NCBI RefSeq assembly: GCF_006345805.1
Contig: NC_043000.1
Location: 142,600,001-142,664,000 of the forward strand
Direction: 5' to 3'
DNA: 64,000 bases
DNA from: Octopus sinensis
Lineage: Eukaryota
Shown: positions 1 to 11,193 of the stretch, one piece after another
Numbering within the stretch: the stretch's first letter is position 1
Layout: each line of letters opens with the position of its first letter
The notes under the pieces: generated by a model
The model's input: the letters and a program-made list of their open reading frames with translations, nothing else
What the model was told of the DNA's origin: nothing
The model's database searches: none
Program-made: the position numbers and the translations under genes

Positions 1-197
1 GTTTCGCATTTCGGCACAAGATCAGGATTGTTAGTGGGGGGAAAAGTAAAACGATTACATTGACTCCAGCACTTTACTGGTAATTTATTTTATCGAATCT
101 GAAATGATGAAGGTAAAGTTGAATTCTGAGGGTTTTGAACTCAGAATGTAGAGAGCAAGAAGAAATATCGCTAATGATTTTTTTAGCCCGTCTCAAA

Positions 198-332
198 ATT
201 ATCATTATTATCATTATTATTATTATTGTTGTTGTTGTTGTTTTGTTGTTATTATTACTACTACTATTATCATCATCATCATCATCATCATCATTATTAT
301 TATTATCATTATTATTATTATTATCATTATTA

Positions 333-366
<34 letters not shown>
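198..366. repeat. Compound (ATT)n/(GTT)n/(ATC)n microsatellite
   Basis: Directly visible triplet runs; explains the poly-Ile/Leu/Ser ORFs at 135-441. Confidence 0.95.
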
Positions 367-370
<4 letters not shown>

Positions 371-1432
371 TCCGCTTTCGCTAATGTGGAGGTATTGTTT
401 TTCAGTCGTGTTTGTTTATTTGTTTGTTTGACCGTGGACAAGACATCTCAAATACCGCTGGATGGATTCCAATAAAACTTTCAGAGATGTTTCGCCGCGT
501 GATTAGCACGAACTAATTAGATTTTGGGATCGATTCAGTACCGGATAAGGATTCAGGATTATTTGTTATATTTACTTTACATTACATGAAGTATTACGGT
601 CTTACGTTTACTTTCAAGTCATTCTCTGATTGTCTCCCTTGAAAGCACGCTCGTGGTTTCCTCGTAAGTTTTGGCGGCTTTGCTGTTTTCAAAGTTTTAT
701 TTTCGTTTCTCTATTATTAATTTTACTCGCGCCTCCATCTTAGTATAAACTGATGGATAAAAAAATCAAACTATACCAAACAAACGGCAGCAAAACCGTT
801 CAGAAATTAAATAACACTAACATATTCAGTAACAATAATAGATTTAATTTACCCTCGCGAATTTTTACTTTTACCAATTTTGAATATATCGGTCCTCTAA
901 AAAACCTTTTACCTACTCTCAAATTGCATTTCTACCTCTGCCTTGAACGAAACTTTACTTCTTGGACTCACGTTTTTGTGCGCAACAATGTTGTTAAACC
1001 TTCTTTAACAGCACTGTATGCAGGTCCTTTCTGTTTTCTTTCCCGCATGGATAAATTTTTCATTATGCACCTTAATGGTCGTAAAGACACTATGTCAGTG
1101 GATAGACTTAAAAAGGCCTTCAGAGAGAAAACTGTCCCTGTTCCCACTACAGACGACACACATGCAGCATTACAAATACGTCCCGCACATCCACCATCAC
1201 ATTTTATGATTACCTTTGGGATCGATCAGATACCGGACAAGGATTCGGAATTATTTTTCCGGCATTTTTTACTTAAGTTTTGAGAGCGGTTGGGTTCATT
1301 TTTAGCATTCTTGTTTGTGAGAGCAGTCGAGTTTATTTCAGATATTCTCATGTTAAAAATCGTCTCCGGTTAATTGAGAGGATGCTGATAGTGCATTAGC
1401 GGAGGTTTGCGACGTCTGAATGCTCTTGTCGT
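364..1432 (+). mobile_element. Helentron-associated non-autonomous element (HINE/DINE-1-like)
   Basis: 5' hairpin TACCTCCGC(367-375)...GTGGAGGTA(386-394), then a (GTTT)n tract; 3' subterminal GCGGAGGT (1399-1406) is complementary to the 5' ACCTCCGC and is followed by a degenerate stem-loop and TT. This is DINE-1/HINE architecture. Confidence 0.55.
849..1205 (+). pseudogene. Ty3/Gypsy pol fragment (integrase C-terminal GPY/F region)
   Basis: ORF 753-1283 encodes THVFVRNNVVKPSLTALYAGPFCFLSRMDKFFIMHLNGRKDTMSVDRLKKAF, matching the Gypsy GP(Y/F)...VSxDRLKP signature; no RT, RNase H or LTR nearby. Confidence 0.75.
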
Positions 1433-1463
1433 TGCTGTTATCATTATTATTATTACTATTATG

Positions 1464-1865
1464 AAGGCGGCGAGCTAGCAGAAGCGTTAGCACGCCGGGC
1501 GAAATTCGTAGCCGTATTTCGTCTGCCGTTACGTTCTGAGTTCAAATTCCACCGAGGTCGACTTTGCCTTTCAACCTTTCGGGGTCGATTAAATAAGTAC
1601 CAGTTACGCACAGGGGTAGATATAATCGACTTAATCCGTTTGTCTGTCCTTGTTTGTCCTCTCTGTGTTTAACCCCTTGTGGGTAGTAAAGAAATAGGTA
1701 TTTCGCCTGTCACTACGTTCTGAGTTCAACTGCCCTGAAGGTCGACTTTGCGTTTCATCGTTTCGGGGTCGATAAATTAAGTACCAGTTATTCACTGGAA
1801 TCGATATAGTCGACTTGTCCCCTCCTACAAAATTTGAGACATTGTGCCTTGAGTAGAAGGGATTA
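1464..1865 (+). mobile_element. SINE-A composite: tRNA-like head + body + Tx1-like tail, joined to a second body with the ordinary tail
   Basis: Head GGCGGCGAGCT(A/G)GCAGAA, B-box-like GAGTTCAAATTCC; tail ends AAAGAAATA at ~1696 and the body restarts at GGTATTTCG. Confidence 0.85.
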
Positions 1866-1926
1866 TTATCATTGTTGTTGCTGTTCTTGTTTTTTTTATA
1901 ATAGTGAGTTTGATGAAGACGACGAC

Positions 1927-1959
<33 letters not shown>

Positions 1960-2389
1960 CCGTGACAAAAATGACAACAGCATTATAATTAACGACTTAG
2001 ATTTCTAAATGACTATAATACTGTGCACCAGTGAGCTGTAAAAATAACCAATAACTTCCACTGACCTAGCTGTTGAACTAAAATGATTTTATGCCATTTA
2101 AGTAATATGTCCATCATTCTATTCGTAATTAAGACAACTGCTGCTATACACAACCATTTATATAAAGACGTTGACAAATTAGTTGTGAGAAAAGACAGAA
2201 ACACACTGTAGAAAATGTGTCTGGAGTATTTTCACACCGCAATTGTTAACCTTGAATAGTTTTGTTAACCTTAAACATATTTCTCAGCTTTAGGTATTCT
2301 CGTTAATCTTATAACATTCTTTTTCCACCTAATAATCAGCATGTCTGTATTCCATTTAGTATTCGTGTAAATTCAGATACCTTTTTCTT

Positions 2390-2440
<51 letters not shown>

Positions 2441-2443
<3 letters not shown>

Positions 2444-2728
2444 AATAGGGATCGTTATCACAGAAATGTCAATATGAAGTGTAAAGGGGAGGACAGGTGA
2501 GGTTTACCCTTGGAAAGAAAAGCCTACGGAAAAGACCACGGTAACCTCGGTCAATGAAGTCACATGTTATATTTCTTTTTTTTTAAAACTGCCCCCTTTA
2601 TTGTCCTCTTTCTTTCCTTTTACGATCCCTTTTGATCGACCCCCCCCTTTTTTTTACCCCCAAAAGAAAAGCTCTACCTTGTAATTTGTTCTATCTGTGT
2701 GCAGCCCTGTGTGGCTAATAAAGAAACA
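2441..2728 (+). mobile_element. Tx1-clade LINE 3'UTR fragment with inverted 5' half, inside a (CTAT)n array
   Basis: 2441-~2582 is the reverse complement of ~51500-51641; ~2581-2728 matches ~51670-51846 forward and ends GGCTAATAAAGAAACA. Confidence 0.85.
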
Positions 2729-2753
2729 TATCTATCTATCTATCTATCTATCT

Positions 2754-2794
<41 letters not shown>

Positions 2795-2824
2795 TATATA
2801 TATATATTATATATATATATATGT

Positions 2825-2859
<35 letters not shown>

Positions 2860-2955
2860 ATTATAAATGAGGGTGAAAAATCGATATTAATTTAATAATA
2901 CCATTAATTAACACCAAGTGGCTTAGCACAAAAAACTACGGAGAAAATACAAATT

Positions 2956-3250
2956 TATACATAAATTATTAGAGAGTTATCCACTATGTGGATAACTCTA
3001 GTGCTAAAAATAGCTCCGAAGCAACCACAGAAGATCTGTTTCCAACTAGAATCAACATACATTTAACGGAAGGAAAGTGAAATACAACGAATAAAATAGA
3101 TTGACTCTATTTTATTCGTTGTATTTCACTTTCCTTCCGTTAAATGTATGTTGATTCTAGTTGGAAACAGATCTTCTGTGGTTGCTTCGGAGCTATTTTT
3201 AGCATTAGAGTTATCCACATAGTGGATAACTCTCTAATAATTTATGTATA
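2956..3250. repeat. Near-perfect 295-bp fold-back palindrome (~145-bp arms, 5-nt loop)
   Basis: Arms 2956-3100 and 3106-3250 are reverse complements with about one substitution and one indel; loop TTGAC. Confidence 0.95.
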
Positions 3251-3534
3251 TATATATATATATATATATACATATATATTATAAACTATGAAGGCATTTC
3301 TTAACCGTGAAATTTCTACTTAACCTTTAAAATATCATTGCAATTCCCCTTCCAAGGATAGAAAAAAAGCACTGTGCATTTTTCAAAGCAAGAATGATGT
3401 TGATGTTGATGACGATGATGATGATGCGGAGGAGGAGGAGGAAGAGGATTAAGGTGGTTGTGGTGGTGGTGGTGGTGGTGGTGGTGGTGATGGTGGTGGT
3501 GGTGGTGGTGATAATGATGCTAAGCATTGGGTAT

Positions 3535-4100
3535 GACCTGATGAAGTATTAGTCAGTAGCTCATGGATTCTGATGTTAACTGAATGGAATCGTTTACATA
3601 TTTTGTCATAGTGTTGACATGCTTTGTCTTAGTGTTGAAGATGGACTACAGCAAATACCATCGTAATTTAGAATTCTAGTTTGCTAAAAGATGGACTTCA
3701 ACTCTATACCGAATATTTCCCTATCAGTTGCTTCTCTGATCATGAGCAGGGAACTTAAGAATCATCATGACCCTGTGCTGAGAGGAATTTTGTTGAGGGT
3801 TTGAGAATTCACCTCTGCAAACATGGGTATTTCATTCATCATCCTTAAACAACCCTTCTTTAGGAACATTTTCACCGCGATAGGCTGCTCAACTTGAAGG
3901 AATTTCTAACAAGGACTTGCAAGGTCATACGTGGTTTATCGAGGTATGCGGTCACCATGTAGCGCACAAATAACCATGATGTTTGTGCCTGGTGTACCTT
4001 ATCGGACGAAAAGTCATGGTGAGTATATTAGACTTTGTATATGTCTGCCCCAGCGTCACTTTGATGTCACGCGCCGGTCTATCATATGATAAGTGAAATA
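3535..4100 (+). mobile_element. Degraded copy of non-autonomous retroposon family E (see 42791-43390)
   Basis: Colinear similarity to 42791-43390 (e.g. AATTCACCTCTG.AAACATGGGT, ATCCTTAAACAACCCTT, CCTGGTGTACC). Confidence 0.7.
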
Positions 4101-4102
4101 AT

Positions 4103-4290
4103 GGTTTCAAATTTTGGTACTAGGCCAGCGATTCCAGGGTTCGTTGAAATTTGATCAGATCGACCGCAGTGTTCAATTCCGAAAGAATAAAAAGCAGAGT
4201 CGACCCCGACGGAATTTGAACAAAAATTTTGAAGAGCCGGAATCAATGCCGTTAAACCTTTTACCCGATGCGCTAACGATTTTGCCAAAG
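4103..4290 (-). mobile_element. Degenerate SINE-A
   Basis: GTCGACCCCGACGGAATTTGAAC and GCTAACGATTTTGCC remnants. Confidence 0.6.
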
Positions 4291-5115
4291 ATACAAGGCC
4301 AGTACTTTCGAGAGAAGGCACTGAATTGAACCCATCAATTCTAGTACTTCACTGGTACCTTAGTATTTTATTGACTCTGAAACGACGATAGGCAAAACTG
4401 ACCTCAACATTACGTCAACTCAGAAGAAGCCGTAAGATATCCTAAAACGTATTTTGTCCGACACTAACAATTCTGCCAGGACAATAGCTAAAGAGATATT
4501 TAAGTTTACAAAAAGTAGGAATTTACACTGAAATGGGATGATGAAAACAAGGATAAATGGTGTTCATATGCACAACTGCAGTGGAGTTACCAGAGAGGTC
4601 TCAAGCCAACTTCGACAGAACCCTACAAAAACCAGGATTATCTGCAGAATCATAAATAATTTCCTAACGGTTGTACACAAAGCATACAGTTGCTTTTGAC
4701 AGTCATCTTATTCGGCATTGTCTGAATTTTAACGCTCGTATTTACCAATTCATTTCGGTCAAATTTATCCACATTTAAAGCAATTAACCAAAGGCTATGA
4801 TGTATGTCCGTCCTCACTTTCCCTGCTCAGTTGTACTTAAAAGTTGGTTGGCGCTGTCGATTACATCCCCTTGCCGATATTTTACTTCAACAAATTCCTC
4901 TAAACTTCGTAACTTTCTACTAATTCAGCTAAGCCTAGAGTATTGTCGATGAGCTGGTTTCTTTCGCACTGACTATACTCGGACGTACGACCAAAATTGC
5001 TGGAATGAATTGTTCTGTTTTTCGCTTTTCACTTAGTTCAACTACTCTTGTAATAATCAGAAATATCAAATTTCTAAATATCTCATAGAGATATGTACGG
5101 TGGTGGGGCGATAGA

Positions 5116-5178
5116 GTGGTTGTATACTGTCAACTCAAAGTCCCTTACTGTCACGTTAAGTTGACAGTATACAACCAC
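5116..5178. other. Perfect 20-bp stem / 23-nt loop hairpin
   Basis: GTGGTTGTATACTGTCAACT (5116-5135) and AGTTGACAGTATACAACCAC (5159-5178). Confidence 0.9.
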
Positions 5179-7814
5179 CCTTGTAATAATCTTTAGCGGA
5201 AAGCTATCAAACGGCTCTTTACAACAACACAAGTCATGACTATGACTTTCTGCTTTCCACTACCAATGTGAATGTTCATATCAACAATGGGGCATAAATC
5301 TGGTAGAGCATTGTAAGCTTCGTGGTTCATATGAACATGCATATCCATGGAATGTCAGAAATATACCTCTGAAATCTTTCACTTTTGTTGATATATATAT
5401 ATCGTATTACCAACTTGTGTGCACGTGTGCGCTCCAGCAACTTCACCCGCTTCTTTGCTTCCTTCTTGACTCTTAAAGACCAAGAACACAATTCCATATA
5501 CTGTCCGCTCGATTAAACACACGTAGTTCGATACTTTTCTGAGTTTCATCTAACTACTTCAAAGGTATATGGAACATCACAGTGTTTTTCGTGTAGTAGA
5601 TATATATTACTTTGTTCGATTAACTCATTGAACAAAGACCGCCTATCTTTTGTCATATACCACCATATTTTGTTTTTAGTTTCGTGTGCCAAAATGATTT
5701 TCGTTACAAAAGTTCCCAATTTTCTTTCTACATATTTCTGGTCGTAATCGTTGCTAAAGTATTTGTGGGTAGCACATCACGTTCTTCCAGAAGAAGCCAT
5801 ACCTAATTACTTGTAAGCAATGATTGCAAGGCATAAAATATAAAACATGTCGAAAAATAAAATATTTTTCCCCTTTAGGATAATGTGGTGAATGTCAAAA
5901 CATCTCAAATACTTCGTTGGCAAAATAAACAAAAGGGACAAAATCCAAATCATGGAGGAAAATTGCTATATGACAAATAACTCGTGATACTTGACAGACA
6001 GGAAGTAAGCACAATGAAATTCAGTACAGGTTGAATAACTCTGGACGAATAGAAGCAGCCATTTTGAATTTAGCTGGACTATGCTCCGTAAAAGATGCTA
6101 ACATAAAGTTTAGACTATGCAAACGATACGATGGGAAAATAGACCTCATTGTTACTGGTTACAGAGCCCATGTCAAGTCTGAATTCATTACAAGACAATA
6201 CATGCTTAGCTATAATCAATACCAGACATAATAAACTCTTACAAATATTAATATTCTACGCGTTTGTCACCCTTAAATATAAATTAACCAATGCTTAGAA
6301 TTCCATGTAAATACGTGTATATTCAAATTCCAGGAAATTATTACAATAAGTTTGTCCTACGATTAGTACTGCCAACCGAGAGATGCTAGTCAATAATTCT
6401 GTATTAAATTATTATTTTCTTCTAAATTTCTGGAGTTTCAATGTGATTATGAAATTACCTGTGTAACGATTACCGTAGAACATACAAGTATTCACTTGCG
6501 AACCTGTGAAACACGTGTAAAGGTTTTGATATTTATGAGTTTATATCAACTAATTCTGTTATATTGTGCTCTTGGGTATATATCTATCTATCTATCTATA
6601 TATATATATATATAGTGAGAAAGGAAGAGAGAGAAAGGGAGAAAAAGTGAGTGAGAGGAATTGAGGGAGAGAGAAAGACAATGATAGTGTATACACACAC
6701 ACACATCTATCTTTCTCTCACTACAGATACTTGTATATGTGTGTGTGGTATGGTGTATATATGTAAGTATGTGTGAGTGTGTGTTTATATACAAACTATA
6801 ATTATATAAATTCCTAGTACCATTATATTATTATATTCTACTTCTTATTTTCTTTCTGATTTTCTTTTTCGAAGCTTTGCCCCAACATATAGCTTTCAAA
6901 TTGATTGCTTTCTATCACTAATATATGATCATTGTTATTTCCATCATAATTATTGCTTGTGTATCTCAAAGAATAAACATCTGAAAATAAAAATAATATT
7001 AAACACTATTTTCTTTTAATCTATAGCCATTGATTACAAAACATGAATCACTATGTATTTGCTTTAGTTGTCTTTTGAATGTAGTTTCATGACTTTTTAA
7101 GGTTCGGGTTTGTTAGCATGTCATGCTAAAATAGTCACAGAAAGATTTCCAATTAAATGAATACTTATACTAGCACGTTATTACTCACACTAGATATAAA
7201 GCCAAAGAAAACCTATGTATTCGTAGATTATATATAAAAACTGTGTATAGTCAAATGATTAAGAAGCTCATTTCGCTATTATAAAAGACCTGGGTTTGTT
7301 CCCACTCCATTGTATGTTCAATAGGTCTTTTAACATAGCTTCAGGTAAAGCCTTGAGGGTAAAAGTGGCTAGATAGGAATTATTCAGAAGCCTCTCAGAT
7401 ACTCCCTGTAATTCAAAAGCCACCACTAGTTATAATGTATCACATCGATTCTGTCAGTTAATTCAATGAAAAATACGCTTGTCGATGGAAAGTTCAGAGT
7501 GTTCGAAAATTAATTCAATGAGAAGGAGATTCAGATAATTAAAGAACTGAATAGAAAAGTCAAAATTATCTCAAATAGTTAATGTGATAAAAACCTGAAC
7601 TCGATTACAGTTAAATAGGTGTAAATAGACCGCGTCAGCTCACAGAGACCGCTAACCAGACTGTAGACGCTTGCATTTTGTAGTGGTTATCTCCCCTTTA
7701 GTCACAGAGGCCGGAAAGGGGGAAACTGCGAACTGAGAATATAGATAGATCTGTCTTATGATCCTCCTAAATAAGATACAGGATGACAGCGCTAAGCAAT
7801 GATGTGTATAAATA

Positions 7815-8329
7815 TTGGGTTTTCTGGAAAGTTCGTGCCGATTTTTAAAAGAAAGAAAAAGGTCAATGCGTCTCCACTTTTCTTTTAACTTGAAAATACC
7901 CTCTTCCCATAATTGAGGTGGTTTCATGGCAAAGAATTCATCAAGGTATCTTTTTATGTCATCCAAGGAATTGAAAGTTTTACTATTAAGACCATTCTGC
8001 AGAGACCTGAATAAGTGGAAATCCGAAGGAGTAATATCTGGTGAATATGGAGGATGAGGTGGGGTAACACATCCCGGTCGAGCTGCAGCAATTTTTGTCT
8101 GGTTCCCAAAGCAACAGGTGCCGAAAATGAACTTTCTTATCTTCCATTTTAAAGGGTTACAGAATTAACACAGGTTATAAGAACATAAATATTCTTCCAC
8201 GAAAAAATAGCTTAAACTGTGCTCTAAATGGCGGTTTAATCAAATCCTATTTTATGGACTCAACAATGTTCTAAAATAAGTCGAAATGTAAGCTACTATA
8301 AATCGGCACGAACTTTCCTGACAACTCAA
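7815..8329 (-). mobile_element. Internally deleted mariner transposon (515 bp, TIRs, TA target duplication)
   Basis: TIRs TTG(G/A)GTT..(T/A)GGAAAGTTCGTGCCGATTT with TA at 7813-14 and 8330-31; minus strand encodes N-terminal MEDKKVHFRHLLLWE fused to C-terminal HPPYSPDITPSDFHLFRSLQN...DDIKRYLDEFF...EEGIFKLKEKW. Confidence 0.9.
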
Positions 8330-9410
8330 TACAAACTCGTTACCAGTTTGGGTACACTTGAGGCTTATAATACACAAACATAGACACACACATCTATATA
8401 GAGACACATACATGCATATATACACACATGCATACATATATACATACACATACACACATATTGTTGACGTCATAAAAATTTAGAACCTGTATGATGTTCA
8501 TGAGATATTTTTATCTAGTTTTCGGAAAATTTGAAGCTCGACGCAGTGGAACTACAAATGATACCGAGCAAAACATTTGGTTGTAAAACCTTCGGATAGC
8601 TTATTGCATTTTCCGTGATGTGATAATGCTTAGCATTTACATAGTTCTATGGAAATTGATTGAGTCTACTAACCCGTACTATTGCAAATTTATGGGTTCA
8701 TAAGCGGATGTTATAAATTCTTGTGTTATATTTAGTACACAGATTTGACAAAATGATTGAACGCCTCGCGGAATGCTTATGATTGTTTGGTATTTTCCCT
8801 TTTGCTCTTCATACTCAAAATTAACTGACACTGCTGTGATCTTTCATTATTACTGTGTCAGTACAACAATAAAATAAACATAACAAAGCACTACACACGC
8901 TCGCTCATACACACAAAGGCGAACACGCAAACACAAATACACGTGTATGGGAATGTTGTGTGTCTGCGTGTGTGGTGTGTGTATGTGTTTGTGCGTGTGC
9001 GCGCGTGCATATGCAGTTGCTAGGTGCCATTTATGTTTAGTCAAAAGTAATCAGAGTTAATTTATTGTTGTGAGTGCTGTGCTTATGCATCTACTTCTCA
9101 TTTGGTCTCTAAATGGGCTGAATGTTCTTCTTCCATCAATACAATACACGTTTTACGAAATGTCATCTTTTATAACCCAGTAATATTTCAATGTTATTGC
9201 TACTTCTCAAATTTCAGGTCGGCCATGATTGAGTAGGTGTTTGATCAGGCACTGCAAAGTGATTAAGAAGTTCGTTTGATAGCTACAGCTATATAGTCCA
9301 TCCCAAGAGCATGGTAAATTATGCTACGTCTTAGCCCACGAAACTTCAAAAAACTTGTAATGAAATGTGGTCGACGAAAATTGCGTGAAGGGTCATGGAA
9401 AGGCCTACTC

Positions 9411-9814
9411 CTCTTTTATTCTTTTACTCTTTCACTTGTTTCAGTCAGTTGACTGCGGCCATGCTGGAGCACCGCCTTTAGTCGAGCAATTCGACCCCGG
9501 GACTTATTCTTTTGTAAGCCCAGTACTTATTCTATCGGTCTCTTTTTCCGAACCGCTAAGTAACGGGGACGTAAACACACCATGCTAGAGGGACAAACAC
9601 AGACACACAAACATACACGCACACACATATATATATATATACAAAAATACGACGGACTTCTTTCAGTTTCCGTCTACCAAATCCACACTCACAAGGCTTT
9701 GGTCGGCCCGAGGCTATAGTAGAAGACACTTGCCCAAGGTGCCACGCAGTGGGACTGAACCCGGAACCATGTGGTTGGTAGGCAAGCTACTTACCACACA
9801 GCCACTCCTGCGCC
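9411..9814 (-). mobile_element. SINE-B (tRNA-derived head GGCGCAGGAGTGGCTGTGTGG, (AAAAGAGT)n tail)
   Basis: Full-length match to the family consensus seen in more than 10 copies in the window. Confidence 0.92.
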
Positions 9815-10062
9815 TGTCCATAAATAATAAATTTAATCCAGCATACAGTTTAATACCATCCAGTAGTCTTTGAGTGCCATTAGAGAAATAAACTCTATTA
9901 AACGATACATATCAGGACTCCAGTCTGAGTATAACCTACTCGTTTCCTTCACCAAATGTCTTGTAAACATTCATGTACACTGCTATTCCGCCTTGTATTA
10001 ACCATTCCACATTCCTTTCAAGCAGAAAGATTATAAAAATTACACTACTTAATATACCTTTC

Positions 10063-10431
10063 TCTCTTTCTCTTTTACTTGTTTCAGTCATTTGACTGCG
10101 GCCATGCTGGAGCACCGAATTTAGTCGAGCAACTCGAACCCGGGACTTATTCTTTGTAAGCCCAGTACTTATTCTATCGGTCTGTTTTGCCGAACCGCTA
10201 AGTGACGGGGACATAAACACTCCTGCATACACAAACATACACGCACATACATATATATACATATATACGACGGGCTTCTTTTCAGTTTCCGTCTACCAAA
10301 TCCACTCACAAGGCTTTGGTCGACCCGAGGGTTTAGTAAAATACACTTGCCCAAAGTGCCACGCAGTGGGACTGAACCCGGAACCATGTGGTTAGTAAGC
10401 AAGCTACTTACCACACAGCCACTCCTGCGCC
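10063..10431 (-). mobile_element. SINE-B
   Basis: Same consensus as 9411-9814. Confidence 0.92.
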
Positions 10432-10708
10432 TCTCCACATTTCTAACCAGAGAGAGCTTAATTTCAGAAGGATTAGACTTGTATTTCTTCTAAGTTAAAT
10501 GTAGAGGTACCCTTGTTTACTCGTATTTCTATATTTACTATTGTGACTAGTTTGTATATTATTAGAGTATCAAATTAAATGAATTAGGGTACTCAGTAAT
10601 GTCAATTTGGTTGCCGGGGTTGGTAAAGGGATAGTCAGTTACGGGATTGATTTACGTTATTAACCATTCCTTCAATGTCTATGGCCTTGTATCAGTGTGG
10701 TGGTGGTG

Positions 10709-11043
10709 ACCCCCTTCGGTCAGACACTGACCATGGGTTTACACCTTGAGAGTTACCATCTGAGGCACAAGTCTGGGCAAGGTTGTTTTATGGAAGACCA
10801 GCAGTAGCCCATGCATACCGGCCTCCCCTCTCCACGTCACCGATGTTGTCCAAGGGAAAGGCAAGGGCCGATACAGCTTGGCACCTGTGACGGCGCAACT
10901 CATTTCTACAGCTGAGTGGACTTGAGCAACGTGAAAAATAAAGTGTCTTGCTCAAGAACACAACACGCAGCCCGGTCCGGGATTCGAGCTCACAACCTCA
11001 CGATCGTAAGCTCGACGCTCTAACCACTGAGCCATGCGCCTTC
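10709..11043 (-). mobile_element. SINE-D (tRNA-derived head GGCGCATGGCTCAGTGGTTAGAGCG...GAGCTCGAATCCC)
   Basis: A/B boxes followed by the central TGTGTTCTTGAGCAAGACACTTTA block; second copy at 23729-24460. Confidence 0.85.
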
Positions 11044-11153
11044 AGTGTAAGAAACTGTTATTTCTAGGATAATGATATCGTTTCTCTTGCCATGTATATA
11101 ACAGCTAAATGAAAATAATCAATTCAAGTGGAGGATGGAATCTGATTACAGAA

Positions 11154-11193
<40 letters not shown>

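Noticed and set aside
135-441. Long low-complexity ORFs here and at 43545-43960, 45701-45947, 49172-49903, 50482-50790, 52554-53396 and 59405-59738
   Set aside because: They are translations of stop-free microsatellites (poly-I/L, ER/LS, YLSI); no coding evidence.
3538-3546. CTGATGAAG resembling a hammerhead core
   Set aside because: No stem II or GAAA follows; it is a mutated form of the CTGATGCAG motif of repeat family E.
5116-5135. GGTTGTATA similarity to the let-7 3' region
   Set aside because: Only 9 nt match and the let-7 seed (GAGGTAG) is absent.
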